Positions 13,652 through 27,098 of a stretch of DNA of 64,000 bases are shown here, one piece after another (position 1 is the first letter of the stretch; each line of letters opens with the position of its first letter). The notes beneath the pieces were generated by a model. That model was not told the origin of the DNA and ran no database searches. It was given only the letters and a program-made list of their open reading frames with translations. The stretch is from assembly GCA_951804945.1 (NCBI GenBank), contig OX638154.1:63550001-63614000 (forward strand), written 5' to 3'. A program made the position numbers and the translations under genes. This stretch comes from Podarcis cretensis. Taxonomy: Eukaryota.

Positions 13652-14655
13652 TATGTGATGTAAGAAAGAGTAAACAGCTCCATTTCTATATACTCATACA
13701 TGCTAATTGCGAAGCCTTGGAATTTTTCCTCTTCGTGTGAAAATTAAAATCTTGATCATGCGTGTAAATTAGTGTGTGAGCTTGTGCTTCACAATCTCTT
13801 TATAAAATGTGTGCACATTAAAGGGATGTTTTTAATAGAGGTACTGCCTGGATGAAAGAATGCTTTGTGGATAGAAGCTATTGTGCATTTCTGAATCTCT
13901 CGGCAGTTCCTGTGGAGCTTCCAAAGTCCCTGTGACTGAGCAAAAAAGAAGAAGGAAAAAAACCCCTTCTAATTTTAAGCTTGAATGGAGAATAATTGGA
14001 GGTGGAGGAAAGGGAGAGAGGGATGGGGATTGGGGGATGGGAATTGGTAAATGATTGGTATTGGCATTTGCGATGTGAGCATTTAATACTCTTCATTCAT
14101 CCTCCTGCAAATGGAGCTTTTGCATTTGCATTCTGACTGTGAAGGGAAAGCGAGGTTTTCTTATTTCATTCAGATTTAGACATCTTGTCATAGGTATAAG
14201 ATCCAGACCATGTGTTGGTTCAGGTCCTACCAGTAGTGTGTGCTTATTTTCCCTATTAGCTAATATTCTAACTATATATTACTTAAAAGAACAGTTTACA
14301 GATTACAGGGGTTATTTTGTCTGGAAAATATATTATTGATTAGCAATGGCAGAATGTTTATAAATTCTTCTTCCTCCATTAAGAAACAACAGAACTGTTT
14401 GTTCTACATGAGGTGCAATAAATGATGCTGTCTAAAGGAAAATAAAAAGGCAGGGTGCTTATGTTTTGTTAGAATATGCAGGATCTATTTTCTTCTTATT
14501 CAAGGGGGTTCATATTGGACTCTCCAGTCCCCTTGTAAATGTTTTGGCATCTTCTAAAGCGAAAGCATGCTGTAAGTCAGTGTTTGTTATCAGTTATTAT
14601 GTATTTACATTGATCCATCTCTTTCCACAAGAAGATGTTAAACGTTCATTAAATA

Positions 14656-14881
14656 CAGTGGTACCTCGGGTTAAGAACTTAATTCGTTCCGGAGGTCCGT
14701 TCTTAACCTGAAACTGTGCTTAACCTGAGGTACCATTTTAGCTAATGGGGCCTTCCACTGCCGCCACGCTGCTGTTGCACAATTTCTGTTCTCATCCTGA
14801 AGCAAAGTTCTTAACCCAAGGTACTATTTCTGGGTTAGCGGAGTCTGTAACCTGAAGCGTCTGTAACCCGAGGTACCACTG
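14656..14881. mobile_element. Non-autonomous Tc1/mariner-pogo (Tigger-like) MITE
   Basis: TIRs CAGTGGTACCTCGGGTTA...TAACCCGAGGTACCACTG flanked by TA on both sides. Confidence 0.9.
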
Positions 14882-14899
14882 TACAAAAAAGGCTTGCAC

Positions 14900-16050
14900 G
14901 GCACAGGCAACACTAAATGCCTGACTTCTAGGTGAGGCCAGTTGGGCATCTGAAACATGGGTGGACTATGTGGGAAGGGGAAACTAGCAATGTTCTTCTG
15001 GATCTCAGTGATTGAGCTCTAGTGTAGCTCAGGCTGTCCTGATCCTGAATCCAAGTTGCTCAGGGCTTTGTGAATCAACACCTTGGGACCTGGCCTGGTA
15101 TATGCAGCCAGTTGAGATGCTTTAGCAGAGGTGTCACATGTTGTCAGCTTCCTGCGCCCATCAGCAGTTTACCCACTGCATTTTGCACCAGTTGGAGTTT
15201 TCACACTAGACCTAAGGCCAGCCTCACACAGAGCAGTAATCCAATCTCAAGGTTACCAATGTATGGACTCCAGTGGTCATGTTATTCTGATCCAGATATA
15301 TCTGTAGCTGGCATACATGACAAAAATGGTGAAAGGCATTCCTAGCCACAGAGGCCACTTAGGGCTCTGATGATAAAGCAGGGTTAGGAACTGGGATAGA
15401 AAAGCTAGGAGCCAAATGACTTCTGGGACTTGGGTTGTGGGCGCCAAAACAGAATGTCTAGTTGCCGCGGGGGGGGGGCAACAATACTTTTTATTTATTA
15501 TTTTGATAAGCATGAACTACTATGCTGTCCACATAAGTGACACATAGTTAATATCACATTTTTAGCAAAAATTGTTAATACATGTTTAATTTGGTGTTGA
15601 CAATAAAAATATTGGCATCATACTTCAATTTTCAAAACACTCTACTCTTTATGATTAAGCTCCTTAGCATATTGTCTATCCTTAACATATACTTTGAGGC
15701 TTCAAAGTGCATACATTTCAGTAATCCTTGAGTGTCAGCCAGGCGCAAAAAATGGCACCCAAACTTTTTGAGATGCTCGCAAGTGGAGAATCTTTTGGTG
15801 CAAAATGCTAATTTTGGCGCCCTGCTAATTTCGAACCCTGTGATAAAGATGTATCCAGCAGTACCCCCAAGCTCTGCACCTTCCCCTTTAGAGAGAGTGC
15901 AACCCTGTCCAGAACAGGCAACTGGCCTATCTTCTGGACATGGAAACTACCTACCCAGAAAGCCTCCACCTTCCCAATGTTCAAACTCAAGTTTATTGCT
16001 CCTGTTCCTGGCCTCCACTGCATTGGCAGTGGTTCGGTGCTTGCACAGCC
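14900..16050 (-). mobile_element. L2-clade LINE ORF2 relic, split by the hAT insertion
   Basis: The minus-strand peptide VLDRVALSLKGKVQSLGVLLDTSLS continues on the other side of the hAT into VASVARNAF-like sequence. Boundaries are approximate. Confidence 0.75.
15379..15840. mobile_element. Non-autonomous hAT element (462 bp) nested in an L2 fragment
   Basis: CAGGGTT...AACCCTG termini with a perfect 8-bp TSD TGATAAAG (15371-15378, 15841-15848). A second, inverted copy lies at 41825-42399. Confidence 0.9.
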
Positions 16051-16970
16051 TCTTCTGATTCAGAAGTTATGCAGAAATAGAGCTGATTCAGATGTTATGG
16101 AGAAACAGAGTTTTGGATTTTTTTTTGTTCACACCATAGGATGGAATAACAATTATCCATTTGTTTCCATCTCACACAACCAGTGCATTTTATTTACTGG
16201 GTGGCAAAACAATTGAAACAGGAAATGACCTGAGATACGGTTTCCATGACACCCTTCAGTCGGTTCAGTTTTCAAGAAGATGAAAGGCTAAGGGATGTCT
16301 TTTGGAGAGAAACTAATTGGATGGCTGAAATTGGGGAAGGTTTAATTTAAAGAAATAAAATGAAATGGAGCAAAAGTGCAACAGCTGTGTTTGTGTATAT
16401 ACTTATACTCCTCATTTACAACGTTCCAAAGAGAAGGTGACCTAACAGAGCCTAGAGCATGCAAAAAACAAAAACCCAATGCCTCTGAATGCACAGGACT
16501 ACTTTTTTAAACAATAAAGTATATTCTGATTTAAAGTGATAACTGAAAGAGCAAACCAGCCCCTGGCCAGACAGTGGTGAGGCATGACAGAGTATCATTG
16601 CATCCACAATCCTGTTGTTCATGCCCAAGGTGGCAGGCAAAATCCTGCTCTGTAGCTGGCAGAGCATTTGGGCCTGATGTTGTCAAGTGATAGGATTGGG
16701 GCCAGCTTCATATCTCTCCCCTGTTTAAGATAGGAGCGGGATCTGGGACTTAAAAGGGGGAGGGGAGGGGGACTGTCAAAGACTTTGCAAGTGTCTTCTC
16801 ACTTCCCTTAAGTCCCTGAGATCAGAGACTTTGAGCTTCTGATGAATTTTATGAGCTTGTGATGTCTCCATTGGGTAACTAGGGGATGAGGTGTCTTGTC
16901 CGTCCATGGAACAAAAAGTTATTGGTACTTTGTTCAACTCTCTTGTCTTCCAAGATTTTGCAGAGGTATA

Positions 16971-17109
16971 CAGATGCAGCTTGTCACGCTGGCCACGTGA
17001 CCCGGAAGTGTCTGCGGACAGCGCTGGCTCCTGGCCTATAGAGTGAGATGAGCGCACAACCCTAGAGTCTGGCAAGACTGGCCCGTACGGGCAGGGGTAC
17101 CTTTACCTT
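16971..17109 (+). mobile_element. 5'-truncated Sauria SINE, subfamily A
   Basis: Nearly identical to 6561-6700. No clear TSD. Confidence 0.9.
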
Positions 17110-18169
17110 ACTAATGTTTCAGTGGCAATTATCTGGGAAGGGAAAGGTGGAGTCTCCCCTGGCAATCCACCAGCAAGTCATACACACCTTTTGGAAGGCA
17201 CTAATAATAAAACAATTTGAAGGAATTAAATATTAAATCTTCAATACTTCAAACAACCCCCCTTTTTCTAGTGTTGCATAAAAGGACCATTTATATCCTT
17301 CCTTATATTTATATATTAAGTGAAGCTGAATACTTCTGAATTTTGTTGAGTTCTTGTTTTCTGTAATATCATCACACTGAGGCAACAAAGCAAATGCCAT
17401 GTATCTTTAATTGCCTTTATCATATCTTCTAGAAGGCACAGAAGATTTACAAATCCTCCTTTAGTTGACCAGAGATTTCACTCCAACATCCTGTCAAATT
17501 ATAGCAAGTTTGAAATAATATACATATGCCCCAAATATCAAATACCAACATTTTAAACTATGCTGCCATTCAGTTTTGATAGCAATGTCAAAGCTACACC
17601 ACAGTAGCTTACAGTACTGGGCAACAGGCCAGGCTGATACTTGCCACTAAAGCTGCCAGATGCCACTAAACGCAGGCCCTGTTAGTTTTATATTTTTTAT
17701 GATAAAAATGGCACAAGCCTCAATGATTTGAGTCCAAGCTTGACATCTGCCAAGTGTAGCAACTGAGGAACAAGTCCTTTTATGTTTAACACAAAAGAGC
17801 ATAAAATTCAGTTTACTCCCGTGAGCTTGAGACTCTATATTGATAAGATTAGCAGCTGTTGCATTCCCCACCCCAACTTAAACAATTGTTACTTAAACAA
17901 TTCCCCCAATCAATGACTTCCCAAGTTCTTGTTGGGGCACTGGATTCCTGTAGACAATGGTAGTTTAAATTTTGTTTGGTTATGCTTTGATGGCCAACTG
18001 CAGTCTTGTCTCCTCCTGTACTTGAGTATTTCATCTGATTGCAGAAATCAAAGGAGATTTTATGTACGTTGTGTCCTGTATTGATCCTCTGAACAGCACA
18101 TAAAGTGTTTTGCGCTAAGCCTTACAAGCTCAGAGGTGAGCAGCACCCAGGAAAGACTTTCAGTACTGT

Positions 18170-18650
18170 TATTATTATTATTTATTAAAGCTGTATACTG
18201 CCCTTCATTTGTCGATCTCAGGGTGGGTCACCGCATAAAAATACAAGATAAAAACACAAAATACATAACAACCACCCTCCCTTCCCACAAATACATTTAA
18301 AAGTGTATAGGATGTTAATCAGCCAAAGGTCTAGTTGAAGAGGAACATTTTTGCCTGGCATCTAAAGGTATATCATGAAGGCACCAGGCAAACCTCCCTG
18401 GGGAGAGCGTTCCACAAATGGGGAACCACTGCAGAAAAGGCCCGTTCTCATGTTGCCACTCTCTGGACCTCTTGCGGAGGAGGCACACGAAGAAGGGCCT
18501 CAGATGATGATCGCAGGGGCTGAGTAGGTTCATATGGAAAGGAGCAGTCCTTCAGGTATTGCAGTCCTGAGCCATTTAAGGCTATGTTGGTCAAAACCAG
18601 CACTTTGAATTGGACCGAGAAACTAACTGGCACCCAGAGCATTTGGACCA
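18170..18650 (-). mobile_element. L2-clade LINE 3' end
   Basis: (TTA)n tail on the + strand, and minus-strand ...FKVLVLTNIALNGSGLQYLKD...PLRSSSEALLRVPP, typical of the L2 ORF2 C-terminus. Confidence 0.8.
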
Positions 18651-18696
18651 GGATGTTAGAACATAATTCACTTTATGATATCCTTCTAGCAGAGTA

Positions 18697-18865
18697 CCGT
18701 ATTTTTTGCACCATAACACTCACTTTTTTCCTCCTAAAAAGTAAGGGGAAATGTCTGTGCGTGTTATGGAGGGAATGCCTACGGGTGGCATGCCTACAGA
18801 TTTTCCTCCTCTAAAAACTAGGTGCGTGTTATGGTCGGGTGCGTGTTATAGAGCGAAAAATACGG
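18697..18865. mobile_element. Tc1/mariner-type MITE (CCGTATTTTT TIR family), short variant
   Basis: TA+CCGTATTTTTTGC...GCGAAAAATACGG+TA. Confidence 0.88.
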
Positions 18866-21029
18866 TAAATGCTTTCCATTATATAACAACATTTCCCAAT
18901 CTCTTATGATTCTGTTTTGTCTTACATAGCAGAGATACTGACATGTCACATGCCGAAAGAAAAATGTTTTTCTTCTTCTCATCTTGGTTCCATTCAAGTG
19001 GGAGCTGTGGGCCTGTTTCATCTATTCATAGACTTAATGGATGAGCGACTCTAATCACAGAATTAATGCAAGAACATAAGCTTGCCATCTTGTCAGTTTT
19101 TGGAATGGAGGTCATCTGAAATGATGTACCAGATTTGCACTAGAACACTCCTTCCCTAGTTTTGCAGAGTATCTGTGTGGTAGATAAGCTAGAAGAGGTC
19201 ATGTTCAGCATTTAAATGCTAACTCCTGTTCCAGTTTCCAAAATCTGGATTCTTTGATCTGGGCCTCCAAAACCCCACCCTTGGACATTGTCAGAATTCA
19301 ACATTGGCTTTGTTCACTCATAACACTAAATCAGGGTTTAGCTTTGGGTGCAGGAACCAACCAAAAAAAGAGTATTTGTTTTTGTTTTGTTTTTAAAAAA
19401 CCCTTCAGAGTGGTTTCCAGTCATGGGGTTTATAAATTTAATGAAATAAATAAATAGGCCTGAACAAAGCCTTAGGCTTTTTCACTCCTCTCTTCTCTCC
19501 TCCTTTTGAGCAGAAGGAGAATTTTTCCAGCATTTAGTTTCACTTTCAAAGATTCCTTGCTTGTTATGTATGAGTCTGAGGTAGTGATTTAAACCTCTGG
19601 TTAGTTAAACAAACCAGTTTCATAACCCACTGTTTTGAAGTTGGCTTGTTTGGAACTGACCAGAGATTGCTTTCAACCACAATGTCTGGTTTGGTATGTG
19701 ACAAGGCAAGACCTCTGGTCTATACCAAATGACAAGCCAAGATTCTTTTCAGAGTGAAACTAAATGCGAGTGAAATTCTCGCGGCTGTGCAGGAGTTTTT
19801 ATCTTCTCTGGTTATCTCTCCTCTATAATTCTATATTTAATGAGCATTATTTTTAAAGTGTGTGGAAAGAATGAAAGAAAAGATGTTAGGTTTCAGGTGA
19901 TAGATTCAAGTTGAAGAGCGGGCAGCATTATGCTTAGAATTTTTAAGGGCCAAATTAAGAACACTAGCTTGTTAAATGAATCTTTTGGGTGACACTCTCA
20001 TATATGTCACCCAACTGCTTCTGTCAACTGTTCTAGTGGCAGTAGCACTGTTTTAAGAACTCCAGATTCTCAGAATGCAGATTAAGCATGTACATTCTGT
20101 GACTTCACTATGGCTGCATTCAAATGGCAGTTTATTCCATTTCCTTAATGCTTAATTTCTGTGTTATATTTCAGCTTTCACACAATGCAAAAGCCACTTC
20201 TAGAAATCTTGCAGACTATAGTGGAAGTTTAGCTATTTTTTTCTGTCTTAATTGCTTCCGGGGGGGTGGAGGGAGATCCATTTGCAACCGCATCAACCCA
20301 GAACATTGTGGCAGTAAAGTGACAAAAATTTGGGGAAGTATACAGGCATACATGGAGGAATCATGGAGGAACTGAAGTGGAAAGTGGGTGGAACGTGGGT
20401 GGAAAGGGTGGGGGAGTAGTGACATTGTCCAATGATGTTAGCTGTGCCACATCACGCCCACTGGTGTGAATGAACTCTTAACACGACATGCTGGTATATG
20501 TCAAAAAGCCCTTATTCCATAATGCAATAGGTGTGAAAGGGACATTAGAAAATAGTATAGAAGCACTAGCGTTATAATCAGGAAAAGTAGTGCAGTAAAT
20601 CCCAGGTCTGAAAGCACCCTATGTTTATTTACTTGCAATGTAATCTGCTAAGGTACCGCAAAAAGACAGATAATATGCTGACTGACTTACCTTGGTGTGA
20701 AAGCCAAACAAGCCTTGCACAGCTCATTATTTCAAGAGAAAAGAATGCCATGCCATCAGTTGGGAAGGGCAGTGTTTCCCCAGGGTTTTCCAAGAGAGCA
20801 TTTTCTACATTTTTAGATTGCAGCGTTGCTCATAAGATCACAAAACCTGTCTGTCAATCAGCTCTGTCCTTAGTTGTGCACGTGAATCAAATCTGCTGCT
20901 GAACACGGAATGGATTTTTCTGTTGAGATAGTCTCATGTTTTTAGCGTTTTTCTAAAATACTGAATATTTTAATATAGGTTTTTGTAGTTGTAACTTGAA
21001 AGCAGATGAATGTTGTAATATAGACTCTG

Positions 21030-21900
21030 TCCCTGATGAAGGCCTTTGACCTCATCAGCAGGAAAGGGTTTTTACACTACTCAGTAAGATGGGATGCTCA
21101 CCTAAGCTTCACAAAATTATTGTGACCTTCCACAAGAACATGCGCGACACCGTCTAGTACAGAGTTTCCCAGGGTTTTCCAAACTTGGGCCTCCAGCACT
21201 TTTGAACTACAGTTCCCATCATCCCTGACCACTGGTCCTGCTAGCTCGGGATGATGGGAGTTGTAGTCCAAAAACAGCTAGAGACCCAAGTTTGGGAAAC
21301 CCTGGTCTAGTATGATGGTTTATTCTCGGATGCCTTCCCCAACACAGGACCATGTTCTTGCCCCAACTCTCTTTGGCATATTCTTCTCTCTGTTGCTCTC
21401 ATATGCCTTCAACTTGACTGAAGATGGTGTGTACTTGCATTCAACCAGGCAAATCCCACACCAAGTGTGGCAGGTCCTGATCTGAGAGATATTGTTTGCA
21501 GATGGCACAGCCTTGACAACCCACTCAGAGGAAGCTCTACATAGACTCGTCAGCTGTTTTGCCCAAGCCTGCATGGAGTTTGGCCTTACTATCAGCCTGA
21601 TGAACACCAACATCCTGGGTCAGGACATTGCCAGCACTCCACACATAAGCTTTGGTGACCACATGCTTGAACTGGTAGATGATTTTGACTACTTAGGCTC
21701 CACCATAACCAGAAACCTCTCAATCAACACTGAGCTAGACAAGAATATCAGCATGGCAGCTACAGCAATGGCTTGCATCTCCAAAAGGGTATTCGAGATT
21801 GTGATGCTAATGTTCAATACCAAGATGAAGGTCTGTCAGGCTTGTGTGTTGCACACACTGCTTTATGGAAGTGAGTTGTGGGCAGCTCACTTCCATAAAG
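21030..21900 (+). mobile_element. RTE-clade LINE reverse-transcriptase relic
   Basis: Motifs LMKAFDLISR, VLAPTLFGIFFS, LFADG (FADD equivalent), FGLTISL, FDYLGS and LLYGSELW, broken by frameshifts and deletions. Confidence 0.88.
21160..21304. mobile_element. Palindromic hAT MITE nested in an RTE LINE relic
   Basis: Perfect TSD GTCTAGTA (21152-21159, 21305-21312). The body is self-complementary and the left terminus is duplicated. Confidence 0.9.
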
Positions 21901-21919
21901 CTAGGAGTGACGCATCCAT

Positions 21920-22025
21920 GGCAGGTGGCCATCCAAACTCTGCTTAAAAACATCTAAGGAAGGAGAGCCCACTATCTTTGGATGGAGTTTGTTCCACTAT
22001 TGATCAGCTCTTCCTGTCAGAAAGT
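21920..22025 (-). mobile_element. CR1 fragment
   Basis: GGTGGCCATCCAAACTCTGCTTAAAAAC...CAGCTCTTCCTGTCAGAAAGT, homologous to 60665-60770. Confidence 0.7.
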
Positions 22026-23296
22026 CAACGTAAAGATGATATAATTACTGGGTGGGGCCCTTCTCTAGAAACATGTACAGAATAATGGGCTATGGCTTTT
22101 TGCGGGGAGGCTGTTGTATGTTTAGAGAAGGACTAATAAATTAGAGGAAAGTGGGGGGAAAGAGTGCTTACTTTGAAGTGGGGATGCCATGTGAAACTTG
22201 GGGATAAAACTAAAGCTCCCAGGACAACACAAGCCTAAAAATCAATGCAAAATAGGACACCATCTGGAAATTATCCTGTACCTCATTCTTTGTATTACCA
22301 GTAAAACAAAACAAAACAAAAAACCCCAATCCCTCATAATTGCTAAACTGTCATGCAAATTAAGCCTTGGCTTTGAAAAAGATTCTAAAGGCTTTGCTCT
22401 GAATTTTCATACTTTAAAAGGAAAATACTGGGGCCCTTATTCTTCGTCTGCATGAGAGAACAGCTTGCTATATAAGACATGCAACAACCCAGTTTGTTCG
22501 CTTTTATAGTATGAATAATGGTTTTGAATAAACAAAAATTAGATACAGACACTCTGAAGACATTTTGTAGCAGCTTATGCAACAGGTGGCTGCTGCATGG
22601 GTCACATACAGTAGCTTTGAAATTACCTTAACTTTTAGAATTATGATTGGATGCTGTATTGAACATCTGTAAATAAATGTGAGGAATTTGCTAGCATTTG
22701 CTGCTTCTTTTTTCATAATTTACTGTGAGGGTCACCACCTCATAATTAATAGCATATGTAGAATTTCCCTAATTCCTCGGTGTTGTATCCCTGGACATTT
22801 TGTTTTTATTAGATAATGTCATTATCTGCAAATTCCACTTTGTTCCAAGAAGTTCTGGACTTTGGAAACTTCAAAGCTGTCAGTAGAAAACTTCACCTTA
22901 CAACTAAGATTTAGTATAAATGTAACATACAAAACATTACAGATTTAATGGATAGCTAGATTATAACTCAGCAAACTTACATTTAGAAATGAACCTGAGC
23001 ACATTCACTGGGAACCTAATTTCCAAGGAGATGTACTTACAGTTTCTATCTTTTTTCCCCTCATGTTGAAAAGTGAAAGAGGATACTGCTTTGTTCTATT
23101 AAATTTCTTCAGCAGTAAACAGGAAATCAAGAAATGGTGATGGCACAGTATATACAAAGTACAGCTTTGTGGAACAGAGTCTTGCAGCTTTGACAAAATA
23201 TTTTGTTTTTGTTTCTTTTAGAATCGCTGTTTTTACCTCTCATTAGTGAAAGAATGGAAGCTGCGTTTACTAGATTTGCAGAAACCATGTTCTCAT

Positions 23297-23323
23297 TCAC
23301 ACACACACACACACACACACACA
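23297..23323. repeat. (CA)n microsatellite
   Basis: Seen directly. Confidence 0.95.
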
Positions 23324-26243
23324 TTTCACACAGTCATACTTCAAACATGAGTGGGCCAGAATCTGTACTAACTCTTTAATATACTAAAACATACTGTATT
23401 GCTATGGAGAGAGGAACTCGTTTAAAAAAAAAAAATCTGACCAGAGTGCAGTGAAATAGGGAAATATGATAGTATAAAAAAGAGCCTTGATCTGTATGTT
23501 GAAGAGCCGTATGGACTCTGTTCCCTATGACTGCCCTACTTACCCCAAGGCATTTCCCTCTCTGCTGTCTGATAGCTGGGAGTTGGAAAAAGATGCCTTA
23601 ATATGAACCTTCTGTGTACTGCAGCTATGATAAAATTAAGTACTCTGCCTCGTCAGATCTCTTAAAGAATAGCATAAAAGAACAAAATAAAGAATCAGAA
23701 GAGAGGTGGCAGTGGAGGAAGTTAATAGCAATTTATGACTTGAACTTTTTCCCATGTGTAATGATTTTATTATGTAAATTTGTGGGAAGCAGTTTAATTC
23801 TCTGTTTAAAGTTTTTTTTTTTTGAAACAGTAAATTGGAAAATAAGAAATATGTTTGCCAGTTAATGCTATCTTCCACAAATTTTCTTTATTAAAGAATA
23901 ATTACTTTGGAACTGGACATACTGAGTTGATTCGCAAGACACAGTTAGCCAAACTATGGTTTGGTGAGTGTGTGACCACCTAGAGCACAGCAAAGCAAAG
24001 CTTACTGTGTTGTCCGGGCTAGGACTAATGGTTGAATTTTCTCCTCACTAAGCACAAGCTTGTAGCCAAGTTTGTTATTTTGGTTAGTGAGATGAGAGAT
24101 TAAACAAGGAGTCCCAGCATGGATGTCATGCTAAGCCCAAACATCAGCTTAGATTGATTTGGCTTTGCTCTGGGAACCTACACATTTGCAAAGTCTTGCT
24201 AAGCCATAGTTTGGCTTACTATGTCCTGTGAACCAGGTCCTAAAATAGGGAAATTATAATGTTTCATTGCTATAATAATCATTACCTTACTTTCTGTCAT
24301 AGTGCTCACAGGAAAAAACAACGTTTACAATTGGTCTCCTCACCAGGATACTGTGCAGTTATAGATTACTGAAGCATTGGCTACATTCTGACATTGCATG
24401 CTGCAAGGAGAAGATGGAAATCAAAAGTGAAAAGTTTCCAGTGGCCATAGTTTAGTGTTGCAGTTGACCCGCTAACCTGCATTTGATCTTAACTATGATT
24501 TGTTCATAAACCATGGTTTGTAGTTAATTTCCCCCCAAACAAAACATAGTTAAGATTTAGCCATAGTCCATAGTTTGTCAGTTTCAGGTGAGACTAGAGG
24601 GGTGAAATGGAGGAAAACTATTTTTCAATCTCTCTCTCTTGCCCCTGCCCCCATACTGAGGGGCAGGAAAATGTGTAGATGGAAGTCCTTTACTTGTTGG
24701 TAGCCATGAAACTAGACCTTATCTCTTCAAAATATATTCTACATTTTAAAATGAGGGCCTAACCAATGTACCATGTTCACTACTTGAAAGTTGCACGTCT
24801 ATAAGACTTTGCTGACATTCGCTTATAACCAGTTTTCTGAAATAAAGCTTACTCATGTTTTTAATCTGTAATAATATGAATGGAAAAAGTGGGTCACAGC
24901 ATGTAGAGTATTGTGCTTGTAGGCAAGTGAATATATTGCAAGTACATGCACATGTGGCCTTAACACTGTTATACAACCGTATATGGAATGAAATTCTATT
25001 AACACTATGTGTTAATCAAGTCTTGATGCTGTTTAAGTCTAGTGTTTTGAGTATGGGATGACATCCAGTGTTGCTCTCTCACGAGAAGAACAGACTTCTC
25101 CTTGCCCAATGGGACTTTATACCCTTTGCTTCCCACTCTCAAAATTTGCTCTGGAAAGTTTGGAGAATCTCTGGAGCAGATTGGAGGGCACAGCAGATGG
25201 ATGAGGGGAGAAGCGTGTTGTGTAAGTGGACATCCATGAAGTATTGATATTTGCAGTAGACTTTGTGGCTAGGATTCCATAGCCGGAAAAAGTTCACCTG
25301 CAATTTTTGCTCAGTCCAGGGGTATTCTGTGCTCAGAAATCTGGACCAAAAAAACCCAAAGCGCTCTTATTTAAACAAATTGAGCATAAAATAATGGTGC
25401 CCTTTTAAAATTATTTTTATATTGTTTTGTTTTTTTCTGTTACTGCTAATGGTAAGAGATTTGATTAATCACCTGCTAAGCATTGCTCATAGAAACTGAT
25501 AAGCTGAAATACAGGGCAAGAGTTTTACAAGACTAGGTAAAAACTGGTATAGATACAGTTTTTAATTTTTCAGCATTAAACCCTGAAAATTGTGTGCCAA
25601 GAAAACTACTCCCAACACTACAGCTTTAAAAGATACAGGTAGAGTTTCACTTTAAGTTACTAAGCCAATTTCGTATTGAGGATTTTTGCTGCTACACAGT
25701 GAGGCAGAAGTGAAGAGTAAGATCCATGATTCCCTACCACTTCTGGTCCTGCACTGATTGTAGTAATATAGCAGATTTGCACATGACATGAAGTGTATGC
25801 CAACTTTATGCAAATATTTGCCCTCTTGTGAGTGGAGCAAAGGGCTCAGTCCACATACAGTGTACTGGGTCTGAGTCTTCTCAAGTATTGAGATAATTAC
25901 AAGTGTTTAATTCCTATAGGTGGAATCTAATTGGTCTCCTAGTGCTTTTGCTCTAGAGAGGGCACATAATTATCTTTTTTGACACCTTTCACCTTATTCT
26001 GGAGAGTTCCCCAACTCTTCAGGGCAGATTTTCAGGGACTACTGCAATAGGCTGCAGTAGGAATGGAAATTGTCAAAACAGTCTCTTTTCTTTTTTATGA
26101 GTGGGTCACCTCCCACTGAATACAGTAAGAAAGACATTGTGGTGACTTGGTAGATCATCTAGCTATGAATTAATTCCCATATGCTTGAATTGGGGACTTC
26201 TCAGACAAGAATCTTAGCAGGTGGCCTTTAAGAATTCCCAATA

Positions 26244-26497
26244 CCGTATTGGCCCAAATAGAAGCCACACTCCCCCCGCCCCGCCCAAATTCTGACCATG
26301 AAAAGTTAAAGTGTGGCTTAAATTCTCAACCTTACAAAAATTGGTTTTTACGATATCGTTGCTGAAACAGACATATGGGTTCCTGTGGAATTTTAAGGGA
26401 ACGGCTTATATTCGGGTATTGTCTTTTTTTCTCCCCCCCCCCCTTTGAATTTTAAAGGTGCAGCTTATTTGCGGGTGTGGCTTATATTTGGGCCAAT
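26244..26497. mobile_element. Tc1/mariner-type MITE (CCGTATTGGCCC TIR), right end eroded
   Basis: TA+CCGTATTGGCCCAAATA...TATTTGGGCCAAT. Confidence 0.75.
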
Positions 26498-27054
26498 TTC
26501 ACATTGATTCTAGTCTGTCTTTCTGTCTGTCTGTCCATCTCTATCGGCTATAGCACTGGTTTTGCCACCTGCAAACATTTCCTGAGGTCTGCTTCAGCTG
26601 GTTCTGCCTCTGCCAACCAAGCAACAAACTCTCTCTGTCTCTTTCCGCTAGCGTAGAGGTGGCAGTGGTGGCAAAACGTTTTTCATACTTCTTCAGGGAG
26701 TAAATTGCTGTCTGTCACTAATAAGGACTTGTTTGTGGTCATGTTTCCAACCCAGTTAGATCTTGAGGTTTGTAACTGCTGTGTAAGGGCTATGGTTAGA
26801 GTTGTGGATTCCTGAGTAGTGGCAAGCAAAGCAGGTCTTTTCTCCTTCACATTAAGTAACAGTGGTGAGAGTCTCTTCAGAATCTTTCAGGCATGGATTT
26901 AATGCAACTCTCACTTCTTGAAGCTTGAATACTTCATATACATAGCCTGCATTCATATATCAAAACATCATTGTTCTGCTCTGAACATCTTCAGATGTTC
27001 CTTCTCTCTGTGTATAATAGATCTGCCCTCCCCCAGATTTCAGTTTTGGGGTTC

Positions 27055-27056
<2 letters not shown>

Positions 27057-27086
<30 letters not shown>

Positions 27087-27098
27087 CATACATACATA
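27057..27098. repeat. (TACA)n microsatellite at an L2-like tail
   Basis: About 10 TACA units. Confidence 0.95.

Noticed and set aside
21033-21066. CTGATGA...GAAA, hammerhead-like and hairpin-forming
   Set aside because: It is the coding sequence of the RTE RT motif LMKAFDLISRK. CTGATGA is sequestered by CATCAG and stems I and III are absent.
21492-21947. 151-aa ORF as a host gene
   Set aside because: Fragment of a decayed RTE reverse transcriptase with the catalytic DD altered (FADG).
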